From a virus (taxonomy: Duplodnaviria; Caudoviricetes): a stretch of 64,000 nucleotides of DNA. The notes under the pieces are model-generated. The model saw only the letters and a program-made list of their open reading frames with translations. It was not told where the DNA came from and did no database searches. This document shows positions 1 to 12,291 of this stretch, in pieces. Where the stretch lies: positions 64,001 through 128,000 of the IMG/VR virus record IMGVR_UViG_2645728028_000002; one strand, 5' to 3'. The first letter of the stretch is position 1. Each line of letters starts with the position of its first letter. The translations under genes and the position numbers were made by a program.

Positions 1-2
1 AT

Positions 3-1601
3 AATAATCCTGATTTTTTCCCAACTCCAATAAAGTTAATTCATAAAATGTTATCTAAAATTGATTTTAGAACTATCAAAACAGTACTTGAGCCATCAGC
101 AGGAAAAGGGGATCTTGTAGAGGCTATAACAAAAAAGTTTGATTATAGCCAGAACAGGCATTATAACAATAAGAAATACGACATTGACACAATAGAACTT
201 GATAACAACCTACAATACATATTACAGGGTAAAAAACTTAGACTTGTACATGATGACTATTTAACATATAACACTTATAAAAAATACGATGCTATTATAA
301 TGAATCCTCCTTTTAGTAATGGCGATAAACATTTATTAAAAGCAATTGAAATGCAGCAATCAGGCGGCAAAATTGTTTGTTTGTTAAACGCTGAAACTTT
401 AAAGAATCCTTATAGTAACATAAGAAAAGAATTAATTAAACAATTACAGAAGTATAATGCTGAAGTAGAATATTTGGAGAATACATTTTTAGAAGCTGAG
501 AGGAAAACTTTTGTTGAAATCGCTTTAATATATATTGATATTCCTAAAATTGAATATAACAGCGTTATTATAGACGAACTGAAGAAAGAGGAAATATATA
601 AAACTAATAACCAGTATACAAGCGATAAATTAATCAATTCAGATTTTATAAAAGGGATAGTGGAACAATACAATTATGAAGTAAAGGCAGGTTTAAAACT
701 GATAAATGAGTATAACAGCCTTAAGCCGTTAATGCTGAAAAGTTTTAAGGATAATTCTAATCCAGTGTTAAAGTTAGAACTTGAATATGAGGATGAAGAG
801 GGAAGCAGTTTAGAGAATGCCTACATTAAACAGATCCGGTCAAAGTATTGGCAAGCGTTATTTTCAAATGATCAATTTATGGGATTGTTTACAAGCAACT
901 TAAAGCAAAAGTATATGCAGCAGGTACAAGAATTAAAGGATTATGACTTTTCATTATATAACATTTACACTCTAAGAATTCAACTTAGTAAGGAAATGAC
1001 TCAAGGGGTAGAAGAAACAATTTTAAACTTGTTTGAAGAATTCAGCCACAAACATTATTATGACGAATCATCAAAAAACATTCATCTATATAACGGCTGG
1101 AAGACTAACAAGGCATACAAGATTAATAAGAAAGTTATTATACCTTTAAATGGTTTCAGGGACTTACAATATTCATGGGGAAGATATGAGCCTACAAATT
1201 ATAGGGTTTTAGACAAATTAAAAGACATTGAAAAAGTATTTAATTATTTAGATGGAGGCACAACAGAGGAAATTGATATAACAGACACCTTAAAAATGGC
1301 TGAGCATTATGGAGAGACTAGAAAAATAGATTTAAAGTATTTTTACATCACATTCTATAAAAAAGGCACATGTCATATAGAGTTTAAAAACATGGAATTG
1401 CTTCATAAATTTAATTTATTCGGCAGTCAGAAGAAAAATTGGCTTCCTCCTTCTTATGGGAAAGTTAAATATAGCGATATGACACCAGAGGAAAAAGCAA
1501 CAGTAAACGAATTTGAAGGAGAACAGTCATATAACAAGGTAATGCTTAATAAATCATACTACATTATGGATACAAGCGAATTATTGAAATTAACATCATA
1601 A
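3..1601 (+). CDS. Amino-type (N6A/N4C) DNA methyltransferase with DUF4942-like C-terminus; 5' end outside window
   Basis: Frame is open upstream of 48 (NNPDFFPTP); motif I LEPSAGKGD; catalytic MNPPF; C-terminal YKKGTCH typical of DUF4942 MTases. Confidence 0.8.
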   Translation, partial: NNPDFFPTPIKLIHKMLSKIDFRTIKTVLEPSAGKGDLVEAITKKFDYSQNRHYNNKKYDIDTIELDNNLQYILQGKKLRLVHDDYLTYNTYKKYDAIIMNPPFSNGDKHLLKAIEMQQSGGKIVCLLNAETLKNPYSNIRKELIKQLQKYNAEVEYLENTFLEAERKTFVEIALIYIDIPKIEYNSVIIDELKKEEIYKTNNQYTSDKLINSDFIKGIVEQYNYEVKAGLKLINEYNSLKPLMLKSFKDNSNPVLKLELEYEDEEGSSLENAYIKQIRSKYWQALFSNDQFMGLFTSNLKQKYMQQVQELKDYDFSLYNIYTLRIQLSKEMTQGVEETILNLFEEFSHKHYYDESSKNIHLYNGWKTNKAYKINKKVIIPLNGFRDLQYSWGRYEPTNYRVLDKLKDIEKVFNYLDGGTTEEIDITDTLKMAEHYGETRKIDLKYFYITFYKKGTCHIEFKNMELLHKFNLFGSQKKNWLPPSYGKVKYSDMTPEEKATVNEFEGEQSYNKVMLNKSYYIMDTSELLKLTS

Positions 1602-2481
1602 TAAAAACAAATAATTATATAGGTATGGAGAGTTTTAAAAGGCTCTCTTAACCTTCCAGAAACTCATATAACAGTTATTAACTTAAATCACCAACTAAAT
1701 GAAAGGAGATAACCGAAAATGAAAACATGCAAAGTATACGACTTTACAGCACACAGAGAAAGTAAAAAGAAAGAAGAGGAAAGCCAGCAGCAAGATAAAA
1801 GTTTATCTTTGTTCATTTCAGCGGTTATTCCTTTCATGGATAGAAAAGATCAGGAGCGACTAGCGCAACATAAAGAGGAATCAGAAGAATTTATGTATAT
1901 TATTAGCGATATTATGATGAAGGCTGCAGAGCAGAGATATAAACAGGGATAATGCTATAACAGCTGTATAAGGTGTGAACTGGACTATTTAAAGGGTTAG
2001 GGGTAATTACGATAATATGAACATTTTAGAGCAAATACAGAAGCAAATAGAGCAATCAGACTGGTCGAAAATAATTAAACAAGAAACAGATAAGGAGGAG
2101 AAGAAGAATGATAAAGAAGATTAATATATTTCTATTGTTGTTACTGGCTGTATTGTTTGTGTATTTGAATAACAATTTAAACAATGAATTAGCATATTCT
2201 CAGGAACAGAGTGAATATATAACCTTTGAGTATGTCATAACTGATATAACAGCCAAAGGGGAATATTATGGCAGATCTACAAAGGATAATACAGGGATTT
2301 ACTTTACAGATGAGAACCTGCAGTCAGATCAAATTATAAGGAAAGGAGACAAGATACAGGCAACTTTTGAACGTGATTCTAGGATTGATGGCATAGTTTC
2401 TATAGAGGTTAAAAAGTAGGAAAATCTGTATAACAGCAAGAGGTTTTCAGAGCTGAATCATTTTGGAAACTCATATAACAG
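555..2481 (+). repeat. Cluster of eight same-strand TATAACAG octamers
   Basis: Exact copies at 555, 711, 1277, 1667, 1956, 2245, 2429, 2474; two extend to GAAACTCATATAACAG (1659, 2466). Confidence 0.8.
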
Positions 2482-3289
2482 CGAGACTAAAATATCACTA
2501 GGACTTTTTGAGACTAAATTTCTACATAACACAACTTACATTTTATCACTACGATTTTTAGGGAGGTAATATATTATGAGACAAATAGAAAACATTTGGA
2601 CATTGGTTTATAAAGAAAAGAATGAAGATCCACATGCACACAGTTATACATCTGAAAGTGATGCACTTGAAGCTAAAGAATTTATTTTAGACGCTGACGG
2701 TGGAGAAACATTTGATGGTAGCATAGTTGAAATAGAATGGTGCTATTTGATTCAAGGTAAACTAATAATTAAATCAATTTAAAATTAACTTTTTAACGAG
2801 AAAAGGGGGTTACATATTGAATCAATATATTATTGAATTAACAAGGAATATCGGAATAGGTAAAGATATAATTAATTTCTTTACTAACAGAGGATATAAG
2901 GTTGTTTGGGAAGATCGGGATGCAATGCCTAAAACATTAATAATTGAATCATCACATCATTGTATTGAGGACATCAAGAATCTTAAATACGTATCAGATG
3001 TAAAGGAAGTAAGAACAGGTAGTATATTCGTATAAACTACACATTTTATTAGATATCTAAGGAGGAAAGTATGATAAAGAAACTACAGGCAGTTTTTGAA
3101 TATTTATGGTACTCATTATTTATACATATCCTGTTATTAGGATTTATTTATACGACAAATGAAGGCAAATTATATAACTTATGGACTATCTTTATTACAT
3201 TTCCTTTATTTGCGATTTGCCTTTATAAAATTAATACGCATTTTAAGAAAGGTATGGATCAAATGAAAGATTCTTTGAAGAATAATTAA
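1719..3289 (+). CDS. Five small hypothetical proteins (1719-1952, 2108-2419 with N-terminal hydrophobic segment, 2576-2782, 2817-3035, 3071-3289 membrane)
   Basis: ORFs each preceded by a purine-rich RBS. Confidence 0.7.
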
Positions 3290-3460
3290 GATAAAAACTA
3301 ACTTTCATTAAGAGCCAGTAAAAGGCTCCTTCTTTCTGAAGGTGCGTTAAATTTTATTATAACTTTTTATAAAAATTTACCAAAACTCTATTGACCAAAG
3401 GAAAACTTTGTTATAACATCATTATTGTAAGAAATAGCAAAACAAACAAAATTTGGAGGT

Positions 3461-4156
3461 ATGTGGAAGATGGGATTGTTCACGAGTAAGATAGCTATTG
3501 GAGTTTTAGCAGGTGGATTTACATTAGCTGGTGCAGGGTTATTGTTCAACGGAAGTGAGACTTTAGAGAGAGCCAGTTCATTTGTTCAGGATGCCGGAAA
3601 TAAAATTACACAATTTGAAGTTGCAGAAAACGCACTCCTCGATAAAATTTCATTCTTGAAGAATGATGCTAACTCTAAAATTGAAGCAGCAAACGCAACT
3701 ATTGCAGATAAGAAAGCAGAAATTGAAGGATTGAATACACAGATCACTGATTTAACATCACAAAGAGATGCCTTAACTGCAGAAGTTGCTACACTAGAAA
3801 CAGAGATTACTAATTTAACAGCAAGCTTGAATGATGCTAATGCTAACCTTGAAGCTACTCAAGCAGCATTGGATGAAAAAACAGCTCAGTATAATGCGAA
3901 AGTCACTGAGTTACAAAAAGCCAACAACACAATTGCAGAACTTAATAACTTGCTAGTTTGGGCTAAGAACAAAGCACAAGAAGCTGATAGTCATGTGGCG
4001 CAACTTGAGGCTGAAGTCCAGAAGGCTAACGCTGAGGTAGCAGCTCACGGTGAGGTAGTTGAACAAGTCGAAACACAAACAGAAGGAGCAGATCCACTGA
4101 GTCAGGAAGAAGTTGATGCCGTTGATACAACTATTGCTGACGTTGATACAGAATAA
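3461..4156 (+). CDS. Membrane-anchored or exported coiled-coil protein
   Basis: Hydrophobic N-terminus (IAIGVLAGGFTLAGAGLLF) then long Ala/Glu/Gln heptad region; SigA-like promoter TTGACC...TATAAC upstream. Confidence 0.7.
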   Translation: MWKMGLFTSKIAIGVLAGGFTLAGAGLLFNGSETLERASSFVQDAGNKITQFEVAENALLDKISFLKNDANSKIEAANATIADKKAEIEGLNTQITDLTSQRDALTAEVATLETEITNLTASLNDANANLEATQAALDEKTAQYNAKVTELQKANNTIAELNNLLVWAKNKAQEADSHVAQLEAEVQKANAEVAAHGEVVEQVETQTEGADPLSQEEVDAVDTTIADVDTE

Positions 4157-4226
4157 TTCTCTAATGTATAATGAGGATAGGGTGAGGGTTATAACTTCAC
4201 TCTATTTTCTTATAAGGAGAGAGTTT

Positions 4227-4454
4227 ATGGAGGTCGAACGCAAAATAAGGAAGATTGGTAACTCATCTGGTATTATCCTCCCAACTGATTATTTAAGATA
4301 TATTGGAGTAGAGATCGGGGATACGGTATATATAACTATGGAAGAGAATGAGATCAGGATCAGAAGTGAAAAAGGAAAAGAAACCAATGACGAGTTTAAA
4401 GATAAAGTGTTAGCTATAATTGAAGAATACATGGGTAAAGAAGAGTCTAAATAG
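4227..4454 (+). CDS. AbrB/MazE/SpoVT-family DNA-binding protein
   Basis: RKIRKIGNSSGIILP...IGDTVYI motif; RBS AAGGAGAG before ATG 4227. Confidence 0.85.
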   Translation: MEVERKIRKIGNSSGIILPTDYLRYIGVEIGDTVYITMEENEIRIRSEKGKETNDEFKDKVLAIIEEYMGKEESK

Positions 4455-4468
4455 GCTCTTTTCTTTTT
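4441..4468 (+). terminator. Intrinsic terminator
   Basis: AAGAGTCTA-AA-TAGGCTCTT followed by a T-rich tract. Confidence 0.7.
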
Positions 4469-4509
4469 GGATTAATTTAGAAAAAGTTAAAAGTAAATGA
4501 AAATAATGG

Positions 4510-4538
4510 TTGATTAATATGAAATAATTTTATATAAT
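4510..4538 (+). promoter_or_regulatory. SigA-type promoter with embedded repeated operator (ATAAAATAATTTAATA family)
   Basis: TTGATT-17-TATAAT with ATGAAATAATTTTATA in the spacer. Confidence 0.65.
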
Positions 4539-4571
4539 TAAATTAAGAAGTAAAACAAAGGAGTGATCAAG

Positions 4572-7500
4572 ATGACTTATGAAGAATATGTCTTAGATGT
4601 ATTTACGGAGCATCATTTATCTGTGGGGCAAGACTTAGAGGAAATTAAAGATGTTATTAGGGAAGCTTCTTTTAAAAAAATTGAGAAATGGTTAACTAAA
4701 ATAGGGTATGATCTTAATGAATACAATTCATTATAAAAATTTGATTTAAATGGTAAAATTATCTCAACTACAAGTGAAAGGATGATAAAAATGTATAAAG
4801 TGTATGCGTTGGATTTTGATCAAACAAGAGTGATTAACATTATTGATACTATTGAAGAAATTAAGGAATGGGCAGAGATTAATGGCTATACAATCACTAA
4901 AATTATCAATAGGAAATCAAAACAAATCATAAAATTATAGGGTAGGCTAATTGTATAACTTAGAATAAAATTTCCCTTTTATGGAGAATTATTTGGTAAA
5001 ATTTAATTAAAAAGGAGAGAAAAAAATGGCTGCCGATTACTTAACACATATTAATGATGAGGATCTTATAAAACTTTACGAAGAAATTGGAGAAAGAAGA
5101 TCATGTGGAGACTTTAACCAGCGAGATGAAGATATTCTAGTTGTTTCTGCAATGTCAAAAAGAAAATTAATTCACTTGTCAAAATTCAATAGAGGCTTAC
5201 CTAAATCAGAGAAATGGCGTTAAAACCATTTTCCAATAAAACTTCTCTTTTAATGGGAAAAGGAGGAAAGAAAATGCTTGAAGGAAATACAATTAAATTT
5301 GGACATGGGACTGTACTGGTATATTCAAGTCAGTTAACAAGGAAGGTGATTTTAGAATTTATTCAACCACCAAAGCCAGTAGGAAAACTGATCAAAGAAG
5401 ATATTGAAGATGTTGTAGTTTTAGACTCAATTACATTTGATTATGGAAAAGATATGAAGCCATTTTATGAAGAATTGCAGCAAGTAAGTGAAAATAATAC
5501 TATCTTAGAATTTAGAGGATATGTATTTGATTTCTCTAACTACAATCCAGCATCAGTAGAGGTTTTAATGGGTGGATTTAAACGAGCAATTACAGGAAAT
5601 ACACTGACGTTAGCTTGTTAAATAAGGAGGGTATAAATGATTACAAGTGGAATGTTAGAAGAGCTTCTTGAGAACATCGATAAACCAAAGCAGCCAGATC
5701 TAATTGTAGAACAAAAGAAAAATAAATACATTGCCTACTTTAGAAAGAGTCCTCAAAGAATTGGGTTTGGAAATTCAGAAGTTAAAGCATTGGAGAATTT
5801 AAAGAGTTTATTAGGATAGGGAGGAAATTAAAAATGCATAAAAAGGTTAAGTTACATGGATGCGAGTTATATGAGATCACATTAGGAGAGAAGAAATATA
5901 TTTGCACAATTGAAAATGTAGATATGAATGAATATTACGCATATCATGAAAGAGGAGAAGGAACTTCAGTAGCTATGTTAAATACAGTGGATATTGTTGA
6001 ATTAATGACAACTGGAAGCATTGACAGAAAACATATGACTGTAAAGCCATATAATAAGTAAATAAAACAAGTCTCTTATCGCAATTTCACATCATTACGT
6101 GCAACTGCACGATATGATAATCACTATATAATAACTATTTTAAAGGGAGAGAGAATAATGAAAATCTTATTAATCGAAAATGAAATTGTTAACTTTCTAC
6201 ACGTAAATAACATTAGACCAGCACTGAATCCAAGTAGTAAAATGTATAAAATCAAGGTTGAAATGGTAAACGGATCTGCATTTGAAACATTAGATAATTA
6301 TACAAAAGGTGAAGCAGAAGAAAAAATCCTTGAGATTTCAGCTCTGTTAGCAAGTAGCCAAAATGAAGTAATTATACAGTAGGGGGGTGATTAGTGTGTT
6401 GTTAAATCCATGGGTATGGGACTCTGCAGCGCAAGAAAAGTATCCAGACAGGGTTACAGGTGAATCAGTACCATTAGAATATCTAAATGAAGGCTATTCA
6501 GAATATTATCCATATACAAGCTGGATTACTAAAGGGTACGTTAAACGAATTGAATTAAAGGAATATGCTACAGAGTTACTATAAGGAGGGTTAATGATGG
6601 GTGAGTTAATATTTGGAATAGTGTTTATCAGTTTGTTTTATGTGATTGCTGCAGTATGTACGATGTTTAAATTAGATCCAACAAAATTATTTAAAATAAA
6701 TTAATCAAATATAATATACAAATAAAAGTTAAAGTGGTATAATTTACATATCAAGTAAAGGGAGAGGATAATATGAAATTTAAGAAAGAATTTATTTTAA
6801 AAAGACAAGGATATGATCCAGTTAAGGTAGTTGTAAAAATTAACGACAACAACATTTACATAAGAACATTCGCAGAAATTCACTTTCTAGATCTTGCTCA
6901 CTTATTATGTGAAAAAACTCCACTATTAGAAGTAGTTTACGAGAGGTCAGCACCTTACAAACTTGTTAAAACTAAGCATAGAGAAGGGGATAAATTCTCT
7001 TACAAAGAATATGGCTTAACTTATTTGCTCATTAAAGATGGAATAATTAAAGAAGAAACCAAACATCTTATTAATTTACACACAGTTAATACAAAAGTAA
7101 AAGGAACTAGAAATATGTTTATTCCAGACTTATTGCTGGTTATGCAGGATTACGGATATGTAAAAGAAACTGGTAGTGGTAAATTTAAAGCAGCTAGAAA
7201 ATTCAGTGATCATGTTGTATTTGAAGATCTAACATTTAGTCCAGAAAATTTAAGAAATCAAGGATTTATTATTCCTAAAAAGTATGAGGAGAAATTTGCT
7301 TTAAAATTCTAATTTTATACAGAATAGGGGAAGGTATATGAATAAATTTACATGGAAAAACGTAATTCATGGTGAACATGCATTGAGATTTGGACATATT
7401 GATAACTTCTTTAATCAAATTGTTGTACCTTCTGGTTATCCATACTTTATTTGGAACGATATAATTTATAGGGTTGAGGATAGATATAGTAAGAATCGCT

Positions 7501-7983
7501 TTACAGATACAGGTTGCACAATTAATGATATAGAAGGATAAAATGCTGATTGTATTATGAAAGGAGTATTCAAATGAGAATTATTAACGAACACTTTGAT
7601 CCGTTTATGTCATTAGTAAACTATGATTATACAACGGATGAATATATTATTGTTACACAGGAATGGGATAAACACGCAGGAAACTACTGGGGAAGAAGTG
7701 TAGAGGAATTTAAAAGTCAGGAAGAAGCCGAAAAGTGGTTGAAAGAATATAGAAAACAAATGGAAATTGAGGAGCACAACCAAATAAAAATCTGATTTTA
7801 AGGGGAAAGGATGTGAAGATAATGGTCATGTTTGTACTTCATGAAGATGGCTCTGATTTCTTTAATTTTAATATTGAACCACGACAATATAAAAAAGGGG
7901 AAATCATTGAACATGAAAGACTTGAGGGCAAGTTTAAAGTTTTGCACACTGACTTAGTTACGGTAACGGTAAAGCCAGTCTAA
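4572..7983 (+). CDS. Run of ~14 small hypothetical proteins (incl. 4572-4736, 5026-5223, 5274-5621, 5637-5819, 5834-6061, 6158-6382, 6387-6584, 6773-7312, 7338-7541, 7574-7795)
   Basis: Co-oriented ORFs with RBSs; many delimited by the junction palindrome. Confidence 0.7.
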
Positions 7984-8014
7984 ATAATATATCCATTTTA
8001 AAGGGAGGAATTAA

Positions 8015-8674
8015 ATGAATATAGACCTGTTAATTGATGCAAAAGAAAAGAAGTGTACAGATTGTCTTGAAGCTTTCCCTGCAACGGAAGAATATTTTTA
8101 TAAACAAAAGACTCATACGAAAACTAAGGGTACATTTTATAAGTTAAGTTCTCATTGTAAGACTTGCACAAAGAAGCGAACACTAAAATATCAACAAGAA
8201 AATCCAGAGAAACATAATGAGGCACAAAAGAAATATCTGTACGGTACAGTAAAAGGAAGAGAAACAAGAAAAAGAAATTTGGATAAATGGGTTTTAAACG
8301 GAGGATATAAAGATTGGCAACAGAATAATAGAGATAAAATTGTAGAATATAACAAAGATAGAAGACATAAGAATCATGATATAACTGATCAAGAATGGTT
8401 TGAATGTCTCGATTTCTTTATGAATTCGTGTGCATATTGTGGAATATCTGAAAATGAAGCGTTAATCTTATATAATCAAAGATTAAACATGGAGCACGTA
8501 GATGATGACGGGGCTAATGACATAACTAATTGTGTTCCTGCTTGTAAGAGTTGCAATAGTAAGAAGTGGACTTTTGAATTGAATGAATGGTATAACACCG
8601 ACAATCCAGTGTATAGTAAAAGAAGATATAATAAAATAATCAAGTGGCTATTAAGTTTCACAAAGAAAGATTGA
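8015..8674 (+). CDS. HNH endonuclease (paralogue 1 of 3)
   Basis: N-terminal CxxC pairs; CAYCG...EHV...GANDITNCVPACKSCNSKK. Confidence 0.88.
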   Translation: MNIDLLIDAKEKKCTDCLEAFPATEEYFYKQKTHTKTKGTFYKLSSHCKTCTKKRTLKYQQENPEKHNEAQKKYLYGTVKGRETRKRNLDKWVLNGGYKDWQQNNRDKIVEYNKDRRHKNHDITDQEWFECLDFFMNSCAYCGISENEALILYNQRLNMEHVDDDGANDITNCVPACKSCNSKKWTFELNEWYNTDNPVYSKRRYNKIIKWLLSFTKKD

Positions 8675-8705
8675 TTTCATTACAAATAAAAAGGAGTGAT
8701 TTACA

Positions 8706-11700
8706 ATGAATGGTGAATGGACGTATGCAAACTTAAATGGTGAATGGGAACATGAATCATATTACACAAAGGAAGACGCTGTTCAGGCAGGAAGACTGGA
8801 GTTTAATGGAGAATTTCTTGTTGGACAGTTGAATGGTGATGACGAGGAATTAGAATACTTGGTTGAAAATATTGAAGAAATAGAATAAAAAATATAATTT
8901 ATTTGAACTGTTGTCAGACTATTTTCAGAAAGGATGGCTTAAATTTGGCACTATGCGATGAATGTCAAATGAATAAGATTCCGAGTGGTTGTGGAGTTGG
9001 TGTTAAAGATTATGAAGTTGTTAAAGGTGTTGGGGTAGTATCCTGCAAATATTTCATGGAGATTAATGGGGACTTAGCAAAAGCTCAGAAAGTCAAAAAT
9101 GAAATTCACGTAAAAAGATATAGTTACTGAATAAAATGAAAGATATATAGTGACGCACTAGACATAAAATGTGCATTAAGGAGGAATTGAGATTGAATGA
9201 TTTCTTAAATACAGTATCTTTCATAATTTTTATGCTAATCGTTCTTGGAGTTATGAGTTATGCACTAAGTATTTAACTAAGAAGCACTCCAGATTGAAAA
9301 ATAAATTTGATTTAAAATCCATTTAGGATGTGATCCGATGAAAATAAATCAAAGGGTATTAGTTACTGAAGAAGAGAGTCCATTTCACAATAGGGAAGGG
9401 GTAATAACTCAGATTCAGAAATATTACATTACTGTGCAGCTTAATAACTTTCCTTGTGAAATGAAATTTACTGATGATGAATTAACTGTGTTAGAGGATT
9501 CCACATGTACGCTGTAATTATAAGAACAAAGCGAGGCTATGAACTACAATATAAAGATGATCTAGCAAGTGAGAATGTAACTGGGAAAGAGTATTCGAGC
9601 AATGATGAAATATTGAAACGATCACTGACTGCAGATTGGCAAGAAAGTAATGAAGAAAATGTACTTTGGGTGGCAAAATTGATTGACAATTAATATAAAA
9701 TAATCTAATATTATAAATAAGAACAAGTTGAAAAATAAAAACAAAAATTATTATCCTTAATCACCAATAGGCGAATCCCTCATATACTACAGTATAAACC
9801 ATGAGGGAGAGATTAATATGAAATTACAAGCATTGAACATTAAGAAGTTAAGAAAGAAAAGTATTGCAGCAATTAGAGATATCCTGAAGGCATATAACTT
9901 GAATTATTCTATTGCAGATGACAAAGATAAACTTCTCAGTAAGGTTGAAGAGATCCAGCATTACAGTAGGAAGATAAAAGTGTACTCACGGTATGAAATG
10001 TCCATGTAGTTGAAAAATAACAGCTTTAGTTATTAAAACAACAAAGGAGAGTTTCAAATGATTAGAGTTAGATATGATATCCCTATTGATGAGTATTATT
10101 TCATCCCTACTGGATCAGAAGTTAAATATCTGGGTACTGAGAAAGGATTCTCTGTAATAGAATATAATCAAATAAAGTATGTAGTGAATGAAGGGTATTT
10201 AGAGAAGGTTGAAGCGTTAGTTGGTTAGCTGCAAGGATTTATTCCTTGCGGTAAATCCATAAATGATTATGGGATTACTGGAAGGAATAAGGTAAAATAT
10301 AACTAAATAATATAATCATTTTAATGGGAGGTTTATAAATATGATACCCGATATCTATGTGGATGAATTATATTGTATAAACTGTGGAAGTGAGGAACTG
10401 TCTTGTGAAGGTTCTTTTCCAAGTGGAGATGAATTCATATGCAAAGAATGTAATGATGTCAACTGGGTAGTAAGAAGGAATGACTAAATAAAAGAATCGT
10501 TTTATAAGAATATAGAGGTGAGGAATATGGATAGTCAAATCAACGATTGTTTTGTTGATATTGTTGGTAGAAAGCCTACAATTAGGGAAATGTGGTACAT
10601 CACTAACAATCTACCTAAAGAAGTTTATCAACTTTCAAAGCAGTGGGGATCAAATGATACTGAAGTCGCAGTTTAATTTTTAGGTGGATAAAAGACAATA
10701 AAGATGTAATTTGCAATTAAGAATTATTACATCGTAAATTGGAGGCATTATCAATGAACACTGAAAATAAGCAATGTATTTTTGAAAATTGTAAAGAGGG
10801 GGTTAGATCAAAGGGACTTTGTAAAAACCATTATGCTAATTATATTTACACTAGGAAGACTAAGGGAATTGATTCAGTTGAAGATTATCTAAGGCTTAAG
10901 AAAAATGAAGAAAAAGAAACAAGCAGTAAATTAAGAGAGCAATACAAATCTCTTGAGAGATACGCTGCGGGAATAAACACAGGGACTAATGCGGGGAGAA
11001 GAGAAAGAGGTAATGCAGGTAAATACAAAAAGAGTGTGATTAATCCTGTGTCAATTAAGAAATCATTAGAACGATTGGATGATTAAAATAAAAGAAATCT
11101 TTCTTAGTGATTTGTACCTTCTAGGGAGGCTGTAGAGTCCTCCATCTGGTTTCATTTCTGAGTTTATAGTTTTGGTTTGAGCGATACTGGTCATATCGCT
11201 CCTGCCTAGAGGGTATGAATCGCAATAAAATTTTAGATTGATTCGAAAAAGGAGTGAAATGAATGAGAATTGACTATAACCTTGATGTTAATTCTTTATT
11301 GGAAATGAGTCAAAGCAATGCATATTTAGAAAAAGGAGATTCTGTTATTATAATGGATAGAGAAACTGGCGAACGTGTAAAAGCAAAAATCATTAATATA
11401 AAAAAGGATGGAACTTATATTCTAAGTAGATATTAAAGAAGCCAATAATTAAATCGACTTCTTCATCCCACAATTACTACACTCTCTAAGGAATTCACCA
11501 TTACCAGCTTTAGATTTAAAATGTGAGTTACCGCAGTTATCACAGCGTCCAGCTTGTTTATCAGGTAATTCCTTATAGGTGTAAACTTTATCAAGATCAA
11601 TATTATTGTAATCGTATTCCATGATGTCACCCCAGAAGATAATATATCACATGAGATAAAGGAATAAAATATTTGTTTTATAAAGGAAGTGTTAGCTTTG

Positions 11701-11958
11701 AGAGAAACGATAGTAAATGACTGTGTGGACAATGAAAAGACTTGCTCATGTGGCAATAAGGCTGTTAAAGAAGTTAAAGATCCTGAAGACTTTATTACTG
11801 GTAAAATGGCAGCATATTATTGCTCCGATTGTTTTGAGAAATGGAAAGATAGTAAAGAACCCAATCCAGAAGAGGATTTAGATTTTCTTATAAGTAAAGG
11901 TATTGATCCAGTAGAAGCTGAGAAAATGATTAGTCTCATTCACAACAGAAACAAATAA
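8706..11958 (+). CDS. Run of small hypothetical proteins (8706-8888, 8903-9130, 9505-9693, 9818-10009, 10739-11086 Cys/His zinc-finger-like, 11689-11958 and several <60 aa)
   Basis: Co-oriented ORFs with RBSs. Confidence 0.65.
9683..9711 (+). promoter_or_regulatory. SigA-type promoter with repeated operator
   Basis: TTGACA-17-TAATAT containing ATAAAATAATCTAATA. Confidence 0.6.
11107..11223 (+). ncRNA. Candidate structured non-coding RNA (multibranch fold)
   Basis: 19-bp closing stem 11107-11125/11205-11223 (4 G-U pairs on the + strand); internal hairpins GGAGG..CCTCC and GAGCGATA/TATCGCTC; GC-richer than surroundings. Confidence 0.55.
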
Positions 11959-12005
11959 AACCTGCTTTAAGTGGCGACTCAAGGCAGGTAATATCTATTA
12001 AACAA

Positions 12006-12164
12006 TCAAGCTATTTCATCGTACCAATCAGTTTCAATGATATCCAGAACATCTAACTCTTTCTTAGATCCATCAGGGAATTCAAAAATTAACGTTCCTT
12101 TCACTGGTAAATTTTTATCAAAGACTTTTCCTACAGCGACAACTTTAATCTCGGCTACATCCAT
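12006..12164 (-). CDS. Small 52-aa protein divergent from the XRE gene (not in ORF track)
   Basis: MDVAEIKVVAVGKVFDKNLPVKGTLIFEFPDGSKKELDVLDIIETDWYDEIA; RBS AAAGGGAG. Confidence 0.65.
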   Translation of the reverse strand: MDVAEIKVVAVGKVFDKNLPVKGTLIFEFPDGSKKELDVLDIIETDWYDEIA

Positions 12165-12291
12165 TGCTTAATCGCTCCCTTTTGCGTTAAAATACAATTA
12201 GTAAATCTTAGTAACACTATCTGTAACTAATTATAGGACGAATTGGAAATAAAAACAATCACAAATAGTTTAATATAGACACACAAAATGG

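Noticed and set aside
4113-4226. N-terminal extension of the AbrB ORF
   Set aside because: Overlaps the previous gene; RBS and domain start point to ATG 4227
11107-11223. tRNA gene
   Set aside because: Closing stem too long; no T-loop TTCRA or CCA end. No tRNA or rRNA recognised anywhere in the window.
11463-11756. Minus-strand 97-aa ORF as an inverted cassette gene
   Set aside because: Overlaps the 11689 gene and has no clear RBS; a shorter version between 11463 and about 11630 is possible but unsupported
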